A stretch of 64,000 nt of DNA, taken from positions 62,001-126,000 of the forward strand of contig NW_020845867.1 in the NCBI RefSeq assembly GCF_003704095.1, given 5' to 3'. Each line of letters starts with the position of its first letter. Positions within the stretch are counted from its first letter, which is position 1. Under the pieces are notes generated by a model. The model was given only the letters and a program-made list of their open reading frames with translations. It did not search any database and was not told where the DNA came from. This stretch comes from Pocillopora damicornis (Eukaryota). Below, piece by piece: positions 12,544 to 24,436 of this stretch. The position numbers were made by a program, and so were the translations under genes.

Positions 12544-15334
12544 ATTGAATCCATTACTTTGTGCTATCAACTGGGATCGGTTTCCGTTTAAAATAAATAT
12601 GTATTTTAAAACTCTAATGCCTGGTCACGCGCTCGAGATCTTTAACGAAACTGATAAAGTTGAAATTTACCACCATATAACCAGTTTGAAATTAATCCTT
12701 CTTATTACGAAGAAGTACAATTTCATATTTAGAGAGGAGTTTATTCGATAGAAACGAAGGCGGTAAATTGTTTGCTAATATTTGAGAAAAAGTTTACAAA
12801 CTGCGCGAAAATCAACTTAAACATACGAGCCAGTCTTTTGATCAGTGAACAATAGGTCTATTAACAAAGAATCATTTTTATCAAAGATCATAATTGTCTC
12901 AAACAAACAAAAAAATTACATTCTTATTGGCTCATCACGATTTTAAATTTCGTTAAAACACCTTAATTCTAGACAAACGTCAGATTCAGAAATGCAAATT
13001 AAATTGACAAATTTAGAGAATTCGATAGTACCAGATAAAAACAGATACCATGTTTTCAAATTTCGATGATGCCGAGTTTTATGGAAAATTAAGGAATTAT
13101 AAACAGGTTTACTTATTTCAGAATTGAAATTTTTACAAATTAAGTCGCGTTCGATCAAAGAATCACTTGCTACCCTTTGCACCAGGCATTTTGTTTTAAA
13201 ATATATCGTAGTTAGTTATTTACTTCTTAGTGCAAGTGGAAGGAAGATCTTTTATCTTTTATGCAGTCATTCGATGCAACACAGGAATACATTAAAGAAA
13301 AACGATCAACAAAAATATGAAATTTGGATCTTAAAAATCAGTTCATATTTACAATAAAACAGAAATTGAACATGTTTAGCGACTAAATCTCTAAGAAATG
13401 TTTCGCAGGAATTCATCGTAAATGACTTGGCTCAAACTAAAATTCTAAGAGTCATAGATACTATTTTATCTCTCAAATTGTTGAATATCTTAGCCTAAAA
13501 GGCTAAAATAAAATTCAAATAGTTGGTGTCAAATTTATATAATGTTACACCTCCTTGGAAATTTTATTTAAGAAAATTGGAGCCTAATTATAAAATGTCT
13601 TGGTTATTGCGGCTTAACCAAACTTGGGTCTGTTCCAACAATTGAAACTTTGTATTTTTAAAAAAATGTTCCGCGAAGTTAGGTTAAGAAATTTGGAGCC
13701 CAATTGTAAATTGTCTTAGCTCTTGTGGCTAAATTCAAATATTGAAAGAGAGTGCTCCAATCATTCATAATATTTTCATGCAAGTTTGGTCAAAATAGAA
13801 ATTTTTGAAAAGGGGAAGTTACTCAGTCTTTCATAACTATTTTCTGTTTGTCATTCACTTGTGTCCTGTGTTGCATTCGAAAACTGGCAGCTTTCAAGAT
13901 CTTTTATCCCGAAGAAAACCATTATAGCAAGCTAGGCCTTAAAACAAACTCTGAATTTCGAAATTTGTCTCAATTTTAGAGATCAATTAAATATTTCTTA
14001 CCAAACGCTCAATAGCTTGCCATGATGCTTTTTGTAGGGAACGTTCACACATCATCTCGTTCAAAAAAAAAAGGGCGAGTCAGATTATCAGTTGAAAGAA
14101 ACAAAAAATAATTTTCTAAACTGTTTTGATCTTTTATTAAGAGTGAAGGAGAATTTGACGTTAACCATTCCAATTTTTTTTTGCACGAGGTGATTTTTTA
14201 TTATATTTGGTGGGAATTTTTCAAAGGAAATTTTGTTGAAATTTTTGCCGAAAAAGTTGCCAGGGAAAATTCTGTGCAAATTGGTCCAAATTTTCCCGCC
14301 AAAAGTCTTAGTATATACACGAAAAATTTTCCCTGACACCTTTTTTATTGATTCAATTACTTAAGTTATAATTAAAGAAATACTTGCCAAAAAATAATTT
14401 GTTGAATATGAAACTTTGGTGGTTTATTAAGTAGATAATGAGAGACAATAAAAGTTGACATAAAAACAGATCTATTAACTTTATTGCTGATTATACAAGA
14501 AAATAAATATGCTTTTACTGCTAATGAAAAATTTTTTTTTAAAAAAAAAAACCCGGCGCATGCGTACTTTAAGCACCGTATTTTTCCTAAGTCTTTTGGC
14601 GGGAAAATTCGCCACATTTGAACAGATATTATTTACAGAATGAATAAAGAAAAAACTGGCGCATGCGTCCTTTAAGCACCCTTATTTTTTTTTAGCGGGA
14701 TATTTTTCATCTTAAATAGCCTATAACATCAATTGACTGACAGAAATTACGAGGTAATATCTCTCCAGCCCCCGCTTTTGCCGTTTCAATCTTAGCTCTG
14801 ACTCGCCTCATTTGTTTTGTACCTCTCATTAAACTGTGTATTGTTCTTGGATCACAGTCTTTCTTGTTTGATTTTCCTTGAAGCATCAAGAATATTCACC
14901 TGGCAGTCTGCAAGCAAATAGAGACAAACCACAAATTAACAAATGCAATAGATTTTAAACTTTGCCCTCTCAAGTGATAATAGTCTAATGTTGGTTTGTC
15001 ACAGAAAGACTTATTTAATATTAATTTAGTATTTGAAGCCTTGAATATTGTGGCCACAGAAATTAACGTGAGCGTAATCTGGATAAAACTATAAATTTCA
15101 TACGGTCAGCAATGAACATTGCAATAAATTTTTCAACTTTGGTGGTAGGAAGGGTGTTAGTAGGGTTTTAACCGTCAGTCGTCAAAAAATCAACTCAGTC
15201 AATAGCCGCTTGCCAACAACAGTTTTAGATCTGGAAGAATCTTTAGAATGGTAAACTATTCCCCAGATTTCCAAAAAGGGCCCGTTTATCGTGGTTTTCC
15301 AAGCATACTCTGGCATCAATCGAATGCGAGACGA

Positions 15335-17785
15335 TCCTAAAAAAGCGCGAAATACTAACGCAATATACAAATAAAGGGGTATCCGAAAGTGCACTAACGA
15401 ACTGGAACGAATAAAAGAGAATCTTTAAAGTGCGCCAGATACTAACATGACAATCCAATGAAAAATAATCTGAAAAGAACACGAGATACTAACGTAACAA
15501 TCAAATGAAATAGAATCTTAAAAGTGCGCGAGATACTGACGCAACAATTTAATGAAAGAGAGTCTTAAAAGTAGGCAAGATACTACCGTACCAGTAGAGA
15601 TACATACGTAACAACTGAATGCAAGGGAATTCTAAAAGTGCGCTTATTAATCTACGTATTAATTACGTTAATTAACGTATTAATCTAATGGAAAAGAATC
15701 TAAAAAATGTGCGAGATACTAACGTAACATTCGGGATACATATGTGATAATTGAATGCCAGAGAATTCTAAAAGCACGCGAGACACTAACCTAACAATCT
15801 AATAGAAGAGAATCTTAAAAGCTCCTAACATACTAACGTAACAATCAAGATAACTATGGAATGAAGGAAATTTCTAAAAGTGCGCGAGATACTAACATAA
15901 CAATCCAAATACATACGTAACAATTGAATAAAGAGAATTCTAAAAGTGTTCGAGACACTAATGTAGCAATCTTATGAACAAAAATCCTAAAAGTGCACGA
16001 GATACGAACGTAACACTCGGATGAAAAGAAATCCCAAAAGTGCGCGAGATACTAACGTAACACTCGGTTGAAAAGGAATCCTAAAAGTACGTGAAACAGT
16101 AACGTAACAATCGGATGAAGATGAACTCTAAAAGTGCGTGAGATACTAACGTAACACTCGGTAAAAAGAAATCCTAAAATTTCGCGAGATACTAACATAA
16201 CAACCTGAAGAAAAGGAATTCCAAAAGTGCGCGAGATATAAACGTAACACTCGGATGAAGAAGAACCCTAAAAGCGCGCGAGATAATAACGTAACACTCG
16301 GATGAAAAGGAATCATAAAAGTGTGCGAGATACTAACTTAACAATCGGATGAAGAAGAACCCTAAAAGTGCGCGAGATACTAACGTAACACTCGGATGAA
16401 GAAGAACCGTAAAAGTGCGCAAGATACCAACGAAACACTTAGATGAAAAGGAACATAAAAGTGCGTGAAACACAAACGTAACAAGCGGATGGAAAGGAAT
16501 CCCAAAAGTGCGCGAGGTACTAAACTAACACTCGGATGTAAAGGAATCCTAAAAGTACGTGAGACACTAAGGTAACAATCGTATGAAGAAGAACTCTGAA
16601 AGTGCGCGAGATACTAACGTAACACTCGAATGAAAAGGACTCCTAAAAGTGCGTGAGACACTAACGTAACAATTGGATGAAAAGGAATCCCAAAAGTGCG
16701 CGAGATACTAACGNNNNNNNNNNNNNNNNNNNNNNNNNNNNNNNNNNNNNNNNNNNNNNNNNNNNNNNNNNNNNNNNNNNNNNNNNNNNNNNNNNNNNNN
16801 NNNNNNNNNNNNNNNNNNNNNNNNNNNNNNNNNNNNNNNNNNNNNNNNNNNNNNNNNNNNNNNNNNNNNNNNNNNNNNNNNNNNNNNNNNNNNNNNNNNN
16901 NNNNNTAAAAGTGCGCGAGATACTAACGTAACAATCGGATGAAGAAGAACTTTAAAAGTGCGCGAGATACTAACGTAACAATCGGATGAAAAGGAATCCT
17001 GGGAGAGCCTGAAACTCTAACGTAATAGTGGATGAAGAAGAACCCTAAATGTGCACGAGATACTAACGTAACAATTGGATGAAAAGGAATCCCAAAAGTG
17101 CGCGAGATACTAACGNNNNNNNNNNNNNNNNNNNNNNNNNNNNNNNNNNNNNNNNNNNNNNNNNNNNNNNNNNNNNNNNNNNNNNNNNNNNNNNNNNNNN
17201 NNNNNNNNNNNNNNNATTGTTTCTGAACCGAAGAAAAAGAAGTCAATTTGATCACACTGTGGTCCGAAAGGCCATGCTTTTTTGATGCAACGTCGAGCGA
17301 CTGTGGTAATCGTCTCAAGAATGAGATCCAGGTCTTCGACCATATTTTTCTATTGTCCCACTTTTCAGAACGCTTCCTGGAGCGCTTTAGTTGCAAAATT
17401 ATGGCAGCAGCTAACAATTTTTTTCGCTTCGCTGTCGCCATTTTGTTTTTTTACATTGGTTCACGCAATTTTTAAACGTCACCCGATGGAACCTGGAATC
17501 AAAGCTGAAGTAATGGGCCAAAAAAAAAATCGCGAAGTGTGTTCGCAGCGATCTGTGACAATCAAATTCGCCGCGATCGGTGTAGAAAATCGCCAGGTGT
17601 GTCGCCGGCTTAATTTGGGATGAAAAGGAATCCTAAAAGTGCGCGAGACATTAACGTAACAATCGAACTTTAGAGAATCTTGAAAGCGCACGAGATACTA
17701 ACGTAACAGTCGAACTAAAGAAAATCTTGAAAGTGCGCGAGATACTAACGTAACAATCCAATGAAAGAGAATCCCAAAAGTGTGC
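15335..17785. repeat. 47-bp tandem satellite array with two N-gaps and degenerate edges
   Basis: Consensus GGATGAAAAGGAATCCTAAAAGTGCGCGAGATACTAACGTAACACTC; period 47 (unit starts at 16019 and 16066). Confidence 0.95.
17216..17610. mobile_element. Internally deleted PIF/Harbinger transposon inserted in the satellite (left end in the N-gap)
   Basis: The right end ...CAGGTGTGTCGCCGGCT is followed by TAA (TIR AGCCGGCGACACAC, 3-bp TAA target). The + strand gives a MADF-like fragment (LITLWSERPCFFDATSSDCGNR); the - strand gives a transposase-like N-terminus (MATAKRKKLLAAAIILQLKRSRKR...RKIWSKTWI). Confidence 0.7.
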
Positions 17786-20700
17786 ATATCATACAGTTGA
17801 TGAAAAACTCTAAAAGCAATTTGAGAGACTGAAGCAAACTTTTTAGCGCACTGTTCAACTTGGTTGTGGTCTAATTCAAGAGCTCTTGTCGATCGTTAAC
17901 GATTAGGCTCGAATATTTACAATAGGTCATGTTAGAATGAAATTTTATATAAGTTGATGATAAATCATGGGGAAAATTGAGAAACAAAATCTTTTCATGG
18001 AACATACTTTTCCAATTTGTTTCCCCCCAAGAGCTCCTACAATTTTCAATTTTAATTATTAGGTTCGAAGACCTTTACTAAACCATGTCAAAAAACGTTC
18101 TATGTAATTTGATAACAAACACAGGAAGAACTTCGACACAAAAACCTCTTCTGGGTATGGTGTTCACTTTAAATTTGATTAAGACTCAACTTCATAACAC
18201 ACAGGCTCCAAGTGTTTGTCCAGTTTGTCTTACAATTTGTAAGAAACTGTAAGACTATTAAACTTATCATATATTACAAAAAAAGGAACAAAATTCAGAA
18301 ATGATAACTGTAGGCATGGTAGGTAACTATAGATAATTTTGTTTTTGCCTCAGTGGATGAGACATTCAAACAGCCAGTTAATCTCCAAGGCCTTTATCGA
18401 AGGAAGTAATTATAATGGAAAAAATGTTCTTATCGGAGACTTAAAACAAATCATATATATAACTTAATTTGAGAAACGTAAGTAAGTGCATGAGCATGTT
18501 AAATTGTGTTAAGCCTTAGGAGGCGAGAAATTCAGGCTTCAGGTTGAACAAAATTTGACATCTAATGAAAACCTTCTTTAACATCTTATGACCATCATCT
18601 TGGGATATTTTGTTTCCACAGTAACACGTGTAAGAAAATTTCCCGGCCTAGTATCTGTTGTAAGTCTCGCAAATGAATAAGCTCGGTGACTCCCTTTTCT
18701 TTTTATATCTTTACTGTCAAGTAAAGACTGCCTTGCAAAGTAAATCATCCCGAAAAAAAATAGAATATTCTTATTGTTGCCTGGGGCAGTACTACGTTAA
18801 CTTGGAAGTTACAAAACTGGCAATCCTTACGTGAAAACAGGTTACTTTCACAAAAACATTTTGATGCGAGCAGGAATTCAAATACAATATTCGACAAATT
18901 CAAGATCCTGGATGAGCCCCTGGAAAGATTTACGAAACTTGCTTGGCTGGAGACTTATACCTTGTAAAATATTTGCACTCTCCTGGTGAGTAATACCATT
19001 ACAAAGATCGAGAAAAAGTTGAATAATCGATATCAGTCTAACAATGACTCTCTAACCTTATAACTTGAAGATAATTTGATTGGCTAACCGTTGTTATGGT
19101 AACTTGATTAGTCAGGTGGATAGTCATAACATGCACAATAACGACAAGGTATTTCTTTGACACTGGTGAATCAGATAAAAAGTACTCATGATTGAAATAA
19201 TTCGTCAAACGAAAACTGCTGAAAACAACTGAAAACCACCTCAATCGGAAAGAGATCAGAGAAATAAGACAATGAAGTTATTGATACATTCCTTAGTTTT
19301 CAGTAATTCTTCATTATTGTCTGAGTTAGTTAAACTGTCCAACGCAGACGAATAGACCCTCATGTAGAAAACTAATCTGTTATAAAAAGCCAATCATCTA
19401 ACCTTGTTAGAAGTTTTTGTGTAATTCTTTCCTTCCTTGACTTTCTTGATTTCAAAGTGTTCTCATTTTCTTGTCGATACTGTCCTATAGAGGAAAAAGA
19501 GACAAATAAATCGTTTAGAGCCACCACATTTTCTGCTGCATGAACGTAGAAAGATAGTCCTGAAAAAAATTACTCTAAAATCTAACAGTCTAATGCAGTG
19601 ATGTGTCTTACATTCAAAATAGTAAGGAAAAATAAGACAAAAAAAATTATGATAAAGGCCGGTCTAAATCAAATTAAAGCAAGTACTGCTCTCCTCGTCC
19701 TTTGTGTAAAAGATGGGAACCAATCCTCTAATAACCAGAAGCTGGAGTCTATGTTAAAATTTTTACACGATTATCCTCCTCTCCCCTCTCCTTCCTTGGC
19801 GGGTTTGAAGGGGGGGGGGGGGGGGGGGGGGGGAGGGAAGGTAAGGCGGGAAAAATCAACTACGTTTAAAATATACTTTAGGTAATCTGAATATAATCCG
19901 TTCAGGAATGAAAATAAGTAAATAAGCGAGAAGTACACTAACAATAAAGTACAAATTTCTCATGTTGCTACTAGGACACGTTCAAGAAGAACTGTCATGG
20001 CGGCTGCCACTAAGAATTTGTCCCACACTGAGCCATATGCATTACGTTCTTCCGTCTTACATTTGACTCTGTAAATTCATTTTACAAGGACCACAACGAG
20101 AAAGATGAATACTGTATTTCTATCCAAATGTACCTTTCCTTGGGTTATTTACCTGAAGAAAAGTCCTGACAAAGTGTAAAGCCGGCATGAATATTCGACA
20201 TGGCATCTAAACTGCTTGACCCTGCATAAGAAATACCCGCCGACCTGAACAGGACAGGCAATATCCAACGTAATAGGGTCGAAATGACGTATTTCTTGAC
20301 TCCATGGAAGCTAAAAAAGACGCTCAAATTTCTTGTAGTTCGTCAGCTCTTTCCACGTGCAAGACTGAGCGCAAATATGAATATTAATTTGGAAAACTAT
20401 TTGTAATTCAAATGAGTTTTCCGACGAAAAAATGCTGGTTCAAAATAATCGACAGCAAGTTCTTCGGTCTCATACATTCAATTATAAAACAGAGTAAGAT
20501 GCCTCAGCTCGCTTCAGACAGATTTTCAGCTTAGAGAAGTCCAATAAAGTACTGCAAATAGTGTTGTAATTCTAGCAACATCAACTCGAACTGAAATAAA
20601 CTCGAACTCGAGACATTTTGCGTGAACAACAATTTTCCGTCACGACAGAAGTATACAATACAGGTGTTTCTGGTTATTAATTATCGGTTCAGCAGAACTC

Positions 20701-21487
20701 CCCGATATATAGACCTGTTTCCTTTTCCGTGGGCATTTCGAGTTCTCAAGATGTTGCTGTTTTTCAATCTGCACCACTGTCGACGAAATACGTTACAGAC
20801 GAAGGAGCTGTTTTTTCCGACTACTTTCCGACTGGATAAAGACCATTACATGATTTTAATACATATCGGTTACATAAATGCAATATCCCCAAGCCTCTCC
20901 AGTTGATTTTCAGAGGAACATGAGAAGGAAGTTATTCCACCCATCCTTTACTTTAGTCGTTTCCAGAGCCCCCACGTGTTCATCAGTTTAGAGGGAGAAA
21001 AAGAGAGAAGGAAAAGAGATTGGGGCCAAACTTGGGTTCACTCTTCGATGACGTTTGTACTGTATATTTCAAAAACCAAACAGGAACAGGACGAGGGAAA
21101 TAAGTTGCACGTTCACGTCCCAGCATGTTTGGATTAACAATCTCTGAATAAGTTAGCAAAAATGTTATGTTAGAAATAAACTCTAATAAGGAACTTTTTT
21201 AAATTGCTTTTCTGGCTTCTAATAATCATAAATTATTTGATGGCATTAAAACTTTTAAGTAAAGGATCAAAGTGATAAAACTGAGACGAAAAAGACCTAC
21301 ACCCCAGCTTCCCAAAATCGTTTGAGTATTTAAAATTAACGCTCACACAGATGTAAAAAACCTTACCACAAGAGTAAAGTATCCAAAAATACCACTGACC
21401 AAACTCCATCAATCAAGATAAGTACGTATCAGCCAATATCCATTGTAAGGTATCAGTAGGAATTTTTCAAACTTAATTACATCATTT

Positions 21488-21768
21488 TAGAGCAGTTTTC
21501 ATTTGAGAGTTGGAAGTAATCTGGAGTTTCGTTGTTTTTGCTTTACTTCTATTTGTGATTGGTCCAGATAAAATCGCGCAACTCTTTCAACCAATCAGAT
21601 GCAAGACTAAACCAATCACTACTCGTTTTCCTGCGCTTCAGGCGGTTTGGTTGGCTTCACTTCTTAAAAGTTCTCATTGGCTCTTAAGATATATTTTCCT
21701 TTCTTCTGATTGGCCGTTGTGATTATTTTGGTTTTGGTGCTTCGACATCAATCGGAAAGAGCTCTTAT
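21488..21768. mobile_element. CCAAT-rich MITE; second copy at about 41415-41686
   Basis: TAGAGCAGTTTTCATTTGA...TCAATCGGAAAGAGCTCT TIRs; the interior (GATTGGTCCAGA..., CCAATCA, CATTGG) is shared with the second copy. Confidence 0.7.
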
Positions 21769-22319
21769 TGATCAAACTAAAAACAGTCAAACGATATGGC
21801 TGTATGCGGAGTCTCCTCAGATTTGTCTCGTAATTTACAGTAAAATATTTCGATACAGTAAATTTAGGTTGGTGTAACTCGATGTTATGTCACCATCAAT
21901 GGACCAACTTTGGACAGTTGTAGCAGAAAGTGAGTGCAAGCCTGTTGATGACGTCATTGGGACACGCCCAATGTCACATGACTCAGAACTAAAAAAACGG
22001 GAGAGAGTGCTGTGTGACAAGCCCAAGTAACTACTCGAAAGAGACTGAGGGTTTAAATTTTAACTCCTAGAAGTGATTCCCTTGCCACTTTATTGCAGTT
22101 GCAATACATCAACTGGCAAACATCTTATGAGAACAGAAAATCTTGTCAGCTTAAGGGTGTTACCTTGTTTAAAAATGGAATTCTCCTGTCTAGTTTACAT
22201 AGAAATTTTGGCAGTCAGTTGAGAGAATAATTAATTGGGAGTTAAGAGGGAGAGTATTATCAAAGAGAATGATGAGTGGCAGCTGTCCAACAGCTTGAAC
22301 TTTCCCTGGAGATAGCAGC

Positions 22320-22465
22320 ATGGGCAAATGAAGGTCCAGGGTTCACGTCCCACTCTGTCCACTTGATGGATTTGTTTCTGGCTAATCCCTTGTTCAACTG
22401 CTCTACTGTGCTTGTAAACAGCCGACTGGTTTGTCTCCTACCATTGTCATTTGAGTGTTGTTAAT
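22320..22465 (+). mobile_element. SINE fragment downstream of WDR53
   Basis: B-box-like GGGTTCACGTCCC followed by GGATTTGTTTCT...TTCAACT...CTTGTAAACAGCCGACTGGTTTG, recognised as a common anthozoan SINE core. Confidence 0.5.
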
Positions 22466-22594
22466 GAAGGGGCAATGATGAAAACTACAAGGTTACTGGT
22501 AATTGTGTCACCCTTATATACCGGTAGTCTTCTTGTTTTATGTCCAACATGGCACTGATCCACCTAACATACTCTTATCTGTTGACAATGGTTG

Positions 22595-24137
22595 TCATGA
22601 TACATGGTACACTGAGATGTCACTCGTTACATCAGCCACAAATATACTCTCTCTTTGTGAACCAGATGCTATCCAGTTTATCTTGGATCCATGGTTAATT
22701 TCATGGGCAATACCAACAGCACTTGCATTTGCCTCAAGATTGGGCTCTGAGGCACCATTGCATGTACTACCACATAAATTCCAAGTAACAATCCTACTGT
22801 CATCTCCACCTGACACCAATAAGTTGTTTGGGTGAAATCTAGCAAAGTGGACCTGTGTTACACTGGAAGAATGCTTTTTTAGACACTCATCAGGAATAAA
22901 TTTTTTCTTGCCTTCAAACCTGAAGAGTTGGATGTTGCCACTACCTGCAAAGGAAACCTTACTTCTCAAGTTTTTGTCAACAATTAATCATCACAAGGCA
23001 AAGGGTAAGTTGACGAGAGTACTAAAATTATTTAGAGTACTAATTAATTTGACTGTAAAAGTATAAATCTCCTCAACAAGAAGACACGTTCATGTTTTAA
23101 TTCAATTAGTTAATAACTATACACTGTAAAACAACTCACTAGTTATAATGCAATAGATAACATATAGTGTAGCCGATCAGATTGCAGCATATTTTATGGA
23201 ATGCAAGTAGCAATGTACGAATACAAGTTGTCCTTAACATTTTTTGGGTTTTTTTTTTTTTGTTAGTGGATAGAGTTACTGTGAGAGTAAGTGTTTTCCC
23301 CGCAGAAAAATAAAAATTAAAAAATGACCCTACAAGGGGTGAGACCTTAACCCTTTTGCACAAAGACTATAAACTACACCCCCTCCTCCCCCTCTCCCTA
23401 GGAATGTTCAATGCGTTCCTTATGGTGTTTGACAACTAAATTTTGTTGTGCATCAATATATACATTTTTTGAATACCTAGTCCAGCTGCAAACATCCTCC
23501 CATCTCCTGCCATATGAACTGAGTGCACAAAAGGTGGGTTCAGGAAATAAGCCCCTTGATTGCTGTCCTCATCTAGCTCTTGGACATCGAGTTCCTGAAG
23601 TGCTCTCCCGGATGAGAAATCCCAACTGATAATTCTGTAATCCATAGACCCAGACAGTATTTCCCACGGTCTGTTGGGCCTGAACTGAACTGTTGAGCAT
23701 ATGTTATCATTTCTACCACGCAGTGTCTTGAACAACCTTCCTGATAGCACGTCAATCACTTTAATGTCACCGCTGTCATCGCACGCGGCAAGAAAACCGC
23801 CCTTGTAGTGAATAGCTACCTGGTTAATTTCATCTTGGTTAAATTCAAATTCACAAACAGTTGATGACGGATTTCTGAGATCATAACCAAACACTTTGTT
23901 CCTACATGATGCGTATAAACGTTCTGGATTTTTCACGCAAAAGCAGACACCATTGATGTCTTTCGAATCATCCAGCTGGGTCGATGGCGAAGGACATAAA
24001 AGTTTGTTATGAGATGACCCATCTTTTGACCAGACATTAAGTTCTCCTTCACCACCTGAAGCTACAACACCTTCTTTGTTCACGTCTAGTGAAATAACAG
24101 TTGATGTATGCCCACTAGTCCAAGTACTTTTTTGCAT
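22595..24137 (-). CDS. WDR53: WD repeat-containing protein 53-like; exons 24137-23477 and 22944-22595
   Basis: WD40 repeats with WDR53-like segments (FNQDEINQV, LAACDDSGDIKV, NICSTVQFRPNRPWEILSGSMD, LNPPFVHSV, HGSKINW). One phase-1 GT-AG intron joins the two ORFs in frame. Confidence 0.88.
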
Positions 24138-24436
24138 AATTTTGCAAGATTGGAAAATGTTCTGCTTTTCAATCTGCTCTTCTAAATGCTACACATTTCG
24201 TGACATTTCGTCACTTTTATCACGCAATCCTCTTCTAAGAGAAAATTTTATCCAAATTCGGCCATCTTTACCTAATTTGGATAAAGTGAGTCCACGCAAC
24301 GCTGGTCAGTGTTGAAATCGGCGCCATTTTGTAAACCATTGTAAAGATTTGAAGAGGAAGAAATATCGCAATAAAAGCCAGAAATATCGCCAATTTTTTC
24401 ATCTAAATTAAAGAATATAGAAGCCTGAAGATAACC
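24138..24436. promoter_or_regulatory. Bidirectional promoter shared by WDR53 and RBMX2, with a YY1-type motif
   Basis: Divergent ATGs are 300 bp apart; GCGCCATTTT at 24321-24330; CpG retained locally. Confidence 0.65.

Noticed and set aside
16677-17343. ORFs running through N-gaps (also 38800-39216, 42316-42993, 47472-47840)
   Set aside because: They are open only because N codons contain no stops.
15335-17785. CRISPR-like periodic repeat
   Set aside because: Units are contiguous 47-bp copies with no unique spacers, there are no cas genes, and the context is eukaryotic.
18350-18990. Exon-like + strand segments with donors GTAAGT (18478) and GTGAGT (18986)
   Set aside because: The frames examined contain stops and no protein family is recognisable; a gene cannot be supported.
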